Positions 15,742 through 23,656 of a DNA stretch of 28,144 bases are shown here, piece by piece. The position numbers were made by a program, and so were the translations under genes. Each line of letters starts with the position of its first letter. Positions within the stretch are counted from its first letter, which is position 1. The notes beneath the pieces are model-generated. The model made no database searches. It saw nothing but the letters and a program-made list of their open reading frames with translations, and had not been told where the DNA came from. This stretch comes from Acidobacteriota bacterium (GTDB lineage Bacteria > Acidobacteriota > Terriglobia > Acidiferrales > UBA7541): positions 1 to 28,144 of the forward strand of contig JACOSF010000023.1 of the NCBI GenBank assembly GCA_016179005.1. The letters are read 5' to 3'.

Positions 15742-17313
15742 ATGAACGAAAATAGACAAGTCACAGAACTGTCCGGGACGTGGATAGGGCGCCACCGCAA
15801 TGCCATCAACGTCTTCTCTAACTGGATTGGCTTTGGTTTTGCGGCGGTTGTAAATTTTTTCCTGTCGCCCGTGGTGGTCAATCACCTGGGGAACACCGGG
15901 TACGGCGTCTGGGTGCTCACGGGAACCCTGACCGGGTACCTGGGCCTGTTGGATTTGGGAGTGCGCGGCGCCGCTTCGCGCTACGTCGCCAAGCTGCACA
16001 CCCAGTCGGACCACCAAGGATCGAGCCAGGTGGTTTCCTCCGCGCTCAGCATCTTCGCGGTCGGCGGCGTGCTGGCCATCGTGGTCGCGGCTATCCTGGC
16101 GTTCGGTGTGCTCGGCATTTTTCACATGCCCGCGGAGTTCCAGAGCCAAGCCCGCGTCGTGCTGTTGCTCACCGGAGTCACAGTGGCGACCTCCCTGGTG
16201 GGCGGAGTTTTTGGCGGAGTGCTCACGGGCCTGCAACGCTTCGATATCTCCAACGCTATTGAAATGCTGGGCGTCGCGCTGCGCGCGGTGACGTTCGTCC
16301 TGGCGCTCAAAGCCGGGCAGGGCATTGTGGCGCTCGCCTGGCTGAATGTGGCGTTGTCCGTACTCACAGGGCTCTCCAATCTCGCGGCCAGCCTGCACTT
16401 CTATCCGCAACTCGAGCTCCGGATGTCGCACTGCACCCGCGACGCGTTGCGGATGATTTTCTCCTTCTCCGCGTATTTCTTTCTCCTGGTCGCTGCCAAT
16501 CGGATCGTTCTCTTCGCCGATGTGATCGTGATCGGGCTATTTTTGCCGGTGAGCATGATCACCTTCTTCGCCATCGCTTCGAATCTGATTAATTACGGGC
16601 GCACACTCCTGAGCGGCATTTGGACGGCTACAACGCCGCTGGCCAGCTCGCTGGAAGCCCGCGGAGCCCACGAAGAGCTGACGCGAATGCTGTTGAGCCG
16701 TGCGCGATTCGCCAGCTTGCTGATGCTGCCGATTGGGATCACTTTTCTGCTGCGGGGCAAATCGTTCATCGGGCTGTGGATGGGTGCATCGTACGCAGAA
16801 CCTTCCGGCCTGGTGCTTCAGATTCTGACCGTGTACCTTTTGGTGTCTTCGGGAAACCTCATTTCCAACGCCACCATGCTGGGGATCAGCAAACATAAAG
16901 CTGTCGCGCCTGTCGCCCTGAGCGAAGCCGCGTGCAAGCTGTCACTCAGCGTGGCCCTGATCCGCCCATACGGCATCTACGGGGTTGCCTGGGGCACTAC
17001 GATTCCCAGTGTGATCGTCAGCTTTTTCTTTTGGCCCTGGTATGTGCGGCGAACTCTGGGAATTCCGATCCGGAGCTATGCCTTGGCGGTGTGGGGACAG
17101 CCCTTCGCGGCGGCAGTGCCCTATGCCCTGGTAACGTATCTGGTGGAAAAATATTGGGCGGTTTCGCATTTGCTTCTGTTCTTTGTGCAAGTGGCCGTGG
17201 TGCTGCCGCTGGCGCTGGCGGGCTTCTGGTACGTCTGCTTCACGCGCGCCGAGCGGCAGGAGTATGCAGCCCACTATTTGCAACCATTGATCAAAGCGTT
17301 GCGGCTAGCGTAA
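15742..17313 (+). CDS. Wzx flippase (MOP superfamily)
   Basis: About 12-14 TMs, LGNTGYGVW, LDLGVRGAASRYVA, PYGIYGVAWGT. Confidence 0.9.
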   Translation: MNENRQVTELSGTWIGRHRNAINVFSNWIGFGFAAVVNFFLSPVVVNHLGNTGYGVWVLTGTLTGYLGLLDLGVRGAASRYVAKLHTQSDHQGSSQVVSSALSIFAVGGVLAIVVAAILAFGVLGIFHMPAEFQSQARVVLLLTGVTVATSLVGGVFGGVLTGLQRFDISNAIEMLGVALRAVTFVLALKAGQGIVALAWLNVALSVLTGLSNLAASLHFYPQLELRMSHCTRDALRMIFSFSAYFFLLVAANRIVLFADVIVIGLFLPVSMITFFAIASNLINYGRTLLSGIWTATTPLASSLEARGAHEELTRMLLSRARFASLLMLPIGITFLLRGKSFIGLWMGASYAEPSGLVLQILTVYLLVSSGNLISNATMLGISKHKAVAPVALSEAACKLSLSVALIRPYGIYGVAWGTTIPSVIVSFFFWPWYVRRTLGIPIRSYALAVWGQPFAAAVPYALVTYLVEKYWAVSHLLLFFVQVAVVLPLALAGFWYVCFTRAERQEYAAHYLQPLIKALRLA

Positions 17314-17355
17314 GAGGGCAACCGCATTCCGTATAGTGATCCCAGGGACGCAGCG

Positions 17356-19707
17356 GTGACACAACTCCTCAACCCGGGACTGTGGAAGCGGCTGGCGCGA
17401 ATGTCCGCGGCTGAGTTGTTTGACCGCGGGCGGCAGGAAATTGCCAAGCGCCGGGACGCGGCGCTCCATCGTTTGGGCCGTCATTTCGAAGGCGACGCTC
17501 CGCTCGCGGCTGCGCCTGCGCGTGCGCATTTTTTTTTCGAGCCGGACGAATTGGAGGACCGCGCCGCGCTCTTCCGCAGCCGTTTTCCGGAAGAAGCGCA
17601 AGCGCTGCTCGCGCGGGCGGAGCGCATCTGCCGGCACCGCTTTGACCTCCTGGGCTACGAAGACGTCGATTATGGCGGCGAAATCGACTGGCACTTCGAC
17701 GCAGTAAACGGACGGCGTGCGCCGCAGAAGCCGTGGCACAAGATCCGGCTGCTCGAGTTCGAGGAAGTCGGCGACGTCAAGGTCACCTGGGAGCTCAACC
17801 GGCATCAGCATTTTTTCACGCTGGCCCTGGCCGAACGCATGACCCAGGACGGGCGGTTCGCTGGCGAACTGGTGCGGCAGTGGATTTCTTGGCGCGAAGC
17901 AAATCCCTATCCCATCGGCATCAACTGGGCAAGCAGCCTGGAAGTGGCGTTTCGCGCGATGTCGTGGCTGTGGGCGCGGGCGCTGCTCGAGAATTGTCCG
18001 CACCTGCCGGGTGAATTCCGCGTGGGCTTGTTGCGAGCACTTGCACTCGGCGCGCGCCACATCGAAACGCATCTTTCCACTTATTCCTCGCCGAATACTC
18101 ACTTACTGGGCGAAGCCGTAGGACTTTTGTTTATCGGGACTCTTTGTCCGGAGTTGCCGGCGGCGGCACGGTGGCAGCAGAAAGGCTGGCGGATCATCCT
18201 CGAGCACGCGGAGCAAAAGGTGCGCGAGGACGGCTTCTACTTCGAGCAATCCACCTACTACCACGTATATGCGCTCGATTTCTTCCTGCACGCCCGGATC
18301 CTGGCGACAGCGAATGGGATGGCGATACCGGTTGCACTCGACCGGACGATCGAAAAAATGCTGGAGCTGCTTTGCGTGCTGGGGCGCGCGGGCGAGCCGC
18401 CACGCTGGGGCGACGACGACGGCGGGCGCGTCTTCGATCCACGGCGCAACCAAGCGCAACACCTGCTGGATCCGCTCTCGACGGGCGCGGTGCTTTTCGG
18501 CCGCGGAGATTTCAAGAACATCGTGGGCGGGCTGCGTGCGGAGACGCTGTGGCTGTTGGGCCGGCGCGGCGCCGAGAAGTTCGACGAGACTCCCGCGCAT
18601 GCGCCGGCGCGCACGTCCGCCCATTTCGAAGAGAGTGGGATTCATGTGATGGCGGGGTCGCAAGGGCCTCCGCAGCAAGTGGTCATCGATGGTGGGCCGC
18701 TCGGCAGCGGCACCGGGGGCCATGGCCATGCGGATACACTGAGCCTGCACCTCACGGTGGATGGCCACGAATGCCTGGCCGACCCGGGAACATTTCTCTA
18801 TGTGGCGTCGCAGGGCGAGCGCGATGCCTTCCGCGGTTCGGCCGCGCACAACGTGCTCCTCGTGGACGGGAAAGACCACGCGGAAATGGGCGGGCCGTTT
18901 TCGTGGCGTGCGCGGCCAGAAGCGCGAGTCGAACAGTGGGTCACAGCCGAAGAGTTCGACCTGTTTGTGGCCAGCCACGATGGCTACACGCGGCTGCCGC
19001 AGCCGATCACGCACCGCCGCTGGGTTTTTTATCTGCGCAACCGCTTCTGGCTGGTGCGCGACGTCGTGGTGGGGAGTGGTACGCACGACGTGGAAATCAA
19101 CTGGCATCTGGCGCCAGGTTTGCAACCCTCGGCCACCACCGCAAACGTGCTGCGCGCGGAAGTCAGCGCGCGGTCGGCGCTGGCGTTTGTGGCGCCCGAC
19201 GGGCACGATTGGGAGCAGTCACTCGAATCCGGATGGTACTCGCCCGCCTACGGAAAGAAGATACAGAGTCCGCTGCTGCGTTTCCGGCGGCACGCGCAAC
19301 TCCCGGCAGAGTTCGCTACAATGATTTGTGTTACGGGAGCTTTGGCCGAAGCGCCCGAATCACTTTTGCGCATGAAGGGACCTGCGAAAGGCGATGTGTC
19401 CGGCTACGAGTATGCGACGGCGCAAGGGAGCCACGTGCTGATTTTCTCGGACAGCGACTGCGTCTGGAAACTGGGGTCGTGGGCGAGTGACGCGAAAATG
19501 TTCTATTGCCAGCGGGCGCGGGACGGCGCACTCCAGCATTTCGCGCTGGTCCAGGGAAGTTTCGTGGAACACGACGGCCACAAGATCCTTTTCGCGGAGC
19601 GGCGCGTGACGCGGTGTGAAGCGTGGCAGGAAGCCGGTGGCTGGAGAGTTTCCTGCCCGGCCGGCGAATCCGTCCGCGTGGCGGAACAACTGGAAAAGGC
19701 CCACTAG
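17356..19707 (+). CDS. Heparinase II/III-family (oligo-alginate-lyase-like) protein
   Basis: DVKVTWELNRHQHF, SPNTHLLGEA, EQSTYYH, DDDGGR, GHGHADTLS, DPGTFLY, AAHN. No signal peptide visible. Confidence 0.88.
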   Translation: MTQLLNPGLWKRLARMSAAELFDRGRQEIAKRRDAALHRLGRHFEGDAPLAAAPARAHFFFEPDELEDRAALFRSRFPEEAQALLARAERICRHRFDLLGYEDVDYGGEIDWHFDAVNGRRAPQKPWHKIRLLEFEEVGDVKVTWELNRHQHFFTLALAERMTQDGRFAGELVRQWISWREANPYPIGINWASSLEVAFRAMSWLWARALLENCPHLPGEFRVGLLRALALGARHIETHLSTYSSPNTHLLGEAVGLLFIGTLCPELPAAARWQQKGWRIILEHAEQKVREDGFYFEQSTYYHVYALDFFLHARILATANGMAIPVALDRTIEKMLELLCVLGRAGEPPRWGDDDGGRVFDPRRNQAQHLLDPLSTGAVLFGRGDFKNIVGGLRAETLWLLGRRGAEKFDETPAHAPARTSAHFEESGIHVMAGSQGPPQQVVIDGGPLGSGTGGHGHADTLSLHLTVDGHECLADPGTFLYVASQGERDAFRGSAAHNVLLVDGKDHAEMGGPFSWRARPEARVEQWVTAEEFDLFVASHDGYTRLPQPITHRRWVFYLRNRFWLVRDVVVGSGTHDVEINWHLAPGLQPSATTANVLRAEVSARSALAFVAPDGHDWEQSLESGWYSPAYGKKIQSPLLRFRRHAQLPAEFATMICVTGALAEAPESLLRMKGPAKGDVSGYEYATAQGSHVLIFSDSDCVWKLGSWASDAKMFYCQRARDGALQHFALVQGSFVEHDGHKILFAERRVTRCEAWQEAGGWRVSCPAGESVRVAEQLEKAH
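17529..17537 (+). repeat. T9 homopolymer in the 5' part of the heparinase gene
   Basis: CAT TTT TTT TTC GAG (H-F-F-F-E); the longest homopolymer I noticed in the window. Confidence 0.6.
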
Positions 19708-19709
19708 CG

Positions 19710-21596
19710 ATGTGTGGAATCTGCGGCGTCTTTCACCAACACGGCAATCGCACCGTCGAGCGGGCCACGCTCGAAGCTATGAACCGGCAAATGATCCACC
19801 GCGGCCCGGACGACGAAGGATTTTTCTTGGGCGGGCCCGTCGGATTTGGCGCGCGGCGCCTGGCCATCGTCGATGTGGCCGCTGGGCACCAGCCTCTTTC
19901 GAATGAAGACGGCAACATCTGGATCGCGTTCAACGGCGAGATCTACAACCATCCCGAATTGCAACCCATGCTGGAAGCGCGCGGGCACCGCTATCGCACC
20001 CATTGCGACACGGAGACCGTTGTCCACTGCTACGAAGAATACGGCGAACGGATGGTGGAGAAGTTGCGCGGCATGTTTGCGTTCGCCATCTGGGATGCGC
20101 CGCGGAAGCGGCTGCTGGTCTACCGCGACCGTCTGGGCATTAAGCCGCTCTACTACTGCCGTCTGGGTGAGACGCTGCTGTTTGCTTCTGAAGTGAAGGT
20201 GTTGCTCGAATACGGCGCGCCGTTCGGCGTGAACGAAGCCGTGCTGGAATGCTACCTGCGGCTCGGCTACGTGCCGGGCGAGCAGACGCTCTTTCGCGAC
20301 ATCTACAAACTCTTGCCCGGCCACTTTCTGGTTGCCGACCAGGGCCAGTCCGAGCTGCGCATCGAGCGCTACTGGAAGCCGCCGTTCGCGCCCGGCGCGG
20401 AGCGCAGCGAAGCGGAATACGCCGCAGAATTTGTCGCGTTGCTCGAGGAGACGGTTGCGCAGCACCGGCTGGGCGAACGGCCGCAGGGAACGTTCCTGAG
20501 CGGCGGCGTGGATTCGAGCTCGATCGTGGCCATCAACGCGCGGCAGGTGCGCGAGCCGGTGATGACCTTCTCCATCGGCTATGCGGAAGAGCGCGACGTC
20601 AGCGAATTCCCCTACGCGCGGAAAGTGGCGCAACAGTACGGCGCGCAGCACCACGAGTTCGAGCTTTCCCTCGGTTCCTTCGCTGAAGCTCTTCCCAAGC
20701 TGGTCTGGCACATGGACGAGCCCGTGGCAGATATGGCCGCCATCCCGCTCTACTTCATCGCCCAGCTCGCGCGCGAGAAAATTACGGTGGTGCATTCCGG
20801 GGAAGGCGCGGACGAAATCCTGGCCGGGTATTCAATCTACTCGAAGATGAAATGGATTTCGGGCTTGCAGAAAAAAGTGGGCGCCCTCGGCTCACGGCTG
20901 CTCGCGCGCAGCCTGAGCCTGCCGGGGCTGCCGGTGCGTGTGAACCGCTACGCCGACTGGCTGGATAAGCCGCTAATGGAACGCTACCAGGGAGTGCGCC
21001 GGCTGCTGACCGAGAATTGGATGCGCAACCTCGGGCGGAATGGTTTTCCCGGAGTGGAACACGCCGCCTACCGCGCGCAGTTTTTTGCTGAGCTCTACGG
21101 CCGCTACCAGGGCGCCGACGAATTGAACCAGATGCTGGCCGCTGACCAGCAAGCCTGGCTGCCGGACGACCTGCTGGTCAAGGCCGATAAGATGACCATG
21201 GCGGCGTCCATCGAGTTGCGCGTGCCGTTTCTGGACCACCGCGTGGTGGAGTTCGCGGGGAACTTGCCGGTGTCGCTGAAATTGCATGACGGCGAGCACA
21301 AGTACCTGCTGAAGAAAATCATGCGGGAGCGGCTGCCGTCGGAAATTTTGGACGCGCCGAAGCGTGGCTTCCCCATCCCGCTCGCGCAATGGTTCCGTGG
21401 AAAACTCCACAACGCGGCGCGCGGCTGGCTGCTGGACTCGCCGTTCCTGCGGAACTATTTCCGCGCCGAACAAATGGAACGCATGCTGGAAACACACCGC
21501 ACCGGACAAGCCGACCTGAGCGGCGAAATTCACGGACTGGCCTGCCTGGGGATTTGGCACGAAGTTTTCGGCCGCCCGGGGAAAAACCCCTCCTGA
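19710..21596 (+). CDS. asnB: Asparagine synthase (glutamine-hydrolysing) family amidotransferase, probably amidating a sugar carboxylate
   Basis: N-terminal MCGI (Ntn Cys), HRGPD, FNGEIYNH, DRLGIKPLYY, LSGGVDSS, SGEGADE, KADKMTMAASIELRVPFLDH, PKRGF. Confidence 0.95.
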   Translation: MCGICGVFHQHGNRTVERATLEAMNRQMIHRGPDDEGFFLGGPVGFGARRLAIVDVAAGHQPLSNEDGNIWIAFNGEIYNHPELQPMLEARGHRYRTHCDTETVVHCYEEYGERMVEKLRGMFAFAIWDAPRKRLLVYRDRLGIKPLYYCRLGETLLFASEVKVLLEYGAPFGVNEAVLECYLRLGYVPGEQTLFRDIYKLLPGHFLVADQGQSELRIERYWKPPFAPGAERSEAEYAAEFVALLEETVAQHRLGERPQGTFLSGGVDSSSIVAINARQVREPVMTFSIGYAEERDVSEFPYARKVAQQYGAQHHEFELSLGSFAEALPKLVWHMDEPVADMAAIPLYFIAQLAREKITVVHSGEGADEILAGYSIYSKMKWISGLQKKVGALGSRLLARSLSLPGLPVRVNRYADWLDKPLMERYQGVRRLLTENWMRNLGRNGFPGVEHAAYRAQFFAELYGRYQGADELNQMLAADQQAWLPDDLLVKADKMTMAASIELRVPFLDHRVVEFAGNLPVSLKLHDGEHKYLLKKIMRERLPSEILDAPKRGFPIPLAQWFRGKLHNAARGWLLDSPFLRNYFRAEQMERMLETHRTGQADLSGEIHGLACLGIWHEVFGRPGKNPS

Positions 21597-21597
21597 A

Positions 21598-21616
21598 CCG
21601 TCCGGTGTCTTGACGG
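21598..21616. terminator. Weak hairpin between convergent genes
   Basis: CCGTC-N9-GACGG in the 26 bp gap between two convergent stops; no U-tract. Confidence 0.2.
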
Positions 21617-21622
21617 ATTCCT

Positions 21623-23395
21623 CTATCGTGCAGGGGGCTTGACGTTCACCACGACGCCCTCTGTGGCCTTTTCCAGGGCATCGATGTCCGCGCCGGGGTC
21701 CTTGCCGCCGATGCCGGCCTTGCGGTACTTGCTCGAAGGGAGCAGCCGATAATCACCCGCAGCGAAGTTGCGGAACTGCATTTTTTCTAATTTCCCCTCG
21801 AACGAATTCTTGCCGGGATAGGGCACGAGAGCCGGGCCAACGATGACGTTCCTATCGAAGGTGCTATGCGGGGTGTGAAAGGCAAGCGTTACCGATCCGT
21901 CCGCAGTGCCGTTGCCGCCGACGCCGCGCACGCCGCTCCAAACGATGTTGTTGCGGAAGACGAAGCGTTCGGGCAGCCGATTGGGGCCCCGCCCCGGGCC
22001 AGGGCCGGCGAAGAAAGCAATCCACTGGTCTTCAAAAACCGTGTTGTTTTCCAGCACAATGTCGTCAACGGGGCCGATGACCTGAAACATTTTTCCTTCG
22101 CCGCCCCAGACGGCGCTGGAAACATCCTCGACGACGTTATCGTGAATGTGCCAGCGGCGCGCGCGGAGGCAGCCTTCCGGCACCTGATTCTCGGAGCAAA
22201 CCACGTCGGGCGGGGAGGCAGGCCCCTTGCCGTTATCCCCGGGAGAGAAAAAACGGGAATTGATCCAGCTCGAAGCGTGAGCAAATCGGTTGTAGCGAAT
22301 AGTGATGTCCTGCACGCGAGCCTGCGGCACCGCGCCCAGTTCGTGGGCCGGCGTAAGCACCAGCATGTAGCCGCGCTGGCCGCCGGTGGAGGGCCACGTG
22401 TTCTCTACCACGTTGCCTTCGACCAGGATGCGCTGGCCATTCTTCACCTCGAGGTGATTCTTCACTTGCCAGGGGGTGCCGGCGAAGGCGGGATTGCCGG
22501 GGCGCCAGGAGAGCGGCTTGAAAAAATGATTACGGCGAATCTCGATGTCCGACGGCACTACGCCTTCGATCACTTTCGGCGAGCCGCCGAACATCACGTT
22601 TTCGCCGGAGGCTTCCAGATAGTTGTTGACGATCTTCAGCGGCCCCCGAAAGTTCCAGCCGCCGATGGCCTGGGAATCGTTGCCCACCTCGTGGATGTCC
22701 GAAATATAACTATCAATGATGCCGACGTAGTCGGCGCCGATCCAGATGCCCCGACGCATGTTCCCTTGCGGATGGCCATGAATGTAGCAGCGGTCCACGA
22801 TGAAGTGATGGGGCAGGTCGCTGAGCGACGTTGCGCCGGCGGGCAGAGGGGCCAGCGAGAGAATGCCGCTTTGCGTGGCCATGCCCTCCGTCATCCCCAT
22901 CTCAATGCCGATGAAACGGTAGTGATGCGAACGCGCCCGGGCGACGAATGGGCGGCCGTTCATGAAGTTTCCGAGGATCTTGGGCATGAACTGGGCGTGC
23001 AACGCAGGATGGACGCGGGTACCTTCGGGCGCAAGCTTTTCCAGCGCCGAAGTTCGGATGATGATCCAGCCTTCGCCGGAGGTTTTCTCCGTCAGGTTGA
23101 ATTCACCGGGGCAGGTGAGGCTGGCATCAATGACGATGGTGTCACCGAGCGCAGCTTCGTCGATGGTCTTTTGCAGCAGGTTGCAGGCGGAGACGTTACG
23201 CGTCTTGCCGGATTGGACCGGCATCGTCGTGTCCACGAAAACGCGGGGAAGCTCCGAGTGGCCTGCCTGGGGTTTTTCGTCGGAGGGCAGGGGCACGGCG
23301 GAATTCAAGTCAATTGAGCCGCAATACACTGCGGCGAGCAAAAGCAGAAGGCAAGCGAAGCCGAGGGAGCCGTTCATCGTGGTGTGGTTGAGCAT
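21623..23395 (-). CDS. Exported right-handed parallel beta-helix protein (pectin-lyase-like fold; candidate polysaccharide lyase, hydrolase or epimerase)
   Basis: Hydrophobic N-terminus (FACLLLLLAAVY), GDTIVI, repeated Asn-ladder strands (IVNNYLE, IRRNHF, VEGNVVEN, IRYNRF, IHDNVVE, LENNTV, FRNNIV), C-terminal DYRLLPSS...GKDPGADI. Alternative start 23377. Confidence 0.75.
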   Translation of the reverse strand: MLNHTTMNGSLGFACLLLLLAAVYCGSIDLNSAVPLPSDEKPQAGHSELPRVFVDTTMPVQSGKTRNVSACNLLQKTIDEAALGDTIVIDASLTCPGEFNLTEKTSGEGWIIIRTSALEKLAPEGTRVHPALHAQFMPKILGNFMNGRPFVARARSHHYRFIGIEMGMTEGMATQSGILSLAPLPAGATSLSDLPHHFIVDRCYIHGHPQGNMRRGIWIGADYVGIIDSYISDIHEVGNDSQAIGGWNFRGPLKIVNNYLEASGENVMFGGSPKVIEGVVPSDIEIRRNHFFKPLSWRPGNPAFAGTPWQVKNHLEVKNGQRILVEGNVVENTWPSTGGQRGYMLVLTPAHELGAVPQARVQDITIRYNRFAHASSWINSRFFSPGDNGKGPASPPDVVCSENQVPEGCLRARRWHIHDNVVEDVSSAVWGGEGKMFQVIGPVDDIVLENNTVFEDQWIAFFAGPGPGRGPNRLPERFVFRNNIVWSGVRGVGGNGTADGSVTLAFHTPHSTFDRNVIVGPALVPYPGKNSFEGKLEKMQFRNFAAGDYRLLPSSKYRKAGIGGKDPGADIDALEKATEGVVVNVKPPAR

Positions 23396-23413
23396 AGTTT
23401 AAGCGCGGTGGGA

Positions 23414-23443
23414 ACAATATCACTCGCCCACGGCCTCTGTAAA
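23414..23443 (-). promoter_or_regulatory. Putative sigma70 promoter of the beta-helix gene
   Basis: Minus strand TTTACA-N18-TATTGT with an extended -10 (TG-A-TATTGT). Confidence 0.5.
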
Positions 23444-23553
23444 TTGGACGCCCAAAAGGCCCCCAAGAGTTGGCCGGTTGGCAACGGAATGTGCAGCAGG
23501 CGGTGCCCGATTTGGCGGTGATATGGGATGATTGTCGGTTGGAGTTCGCACGT

Positions 23554-23588
23554 TCCGGCGGAGAGTTTCCCGCCGGACAATACTCTCC
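23554..23588. repeat. Two interleaved inverted repeats in the second divergent intergenic region
   Basis: TCCGGCGG (23554-61) pairs with CCGCCGGA (23570-77); GGAGAGT (23560-66) pairs with ACTCTCC (23582-88). Confidence 0.6.
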
Positions 23589-23656
23589 TGCGGCCAAGAA
23601 GCGTCTGAAGCCGGTTACGGGCTGCGGCTGGGAACGAGCGTCCGGAGGCTCATGGC

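Noticed and set aside
21866-23317. 483 aa plus-strand ORF antisense to the beta-helix gene (similar long shadow ORFs at 5988-7139, 7803-8984, 18144-19490 and 19704-20795)
   Set aside because: They fully overlap genes with clear family motifs, have Arg/Ala/Gly-rich nonsense composition and show no motifs. Long shadow ORFs are expected at this GC content.
23320-23395. Cys in the beta-helix signal region (LAAVYC) as a lipoprotein anchor
   Set aside because: AVYC does not fit the lipobox consensus and the n-region has no basic residue.
23479-23495. TGGCAACGGAATGTGCA as a sigma54 promoter for the propeller gene
   Set aside because: GG-to-GC spacing is 11 nt; sigma54 requires 10.
23557-23590. Minus-strand GGAGAG...GAAACTCTC resembling glycine riboswitch ends
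   Set aside because: Far too short, and it lacks the CCGAAG and CAGG core elements.
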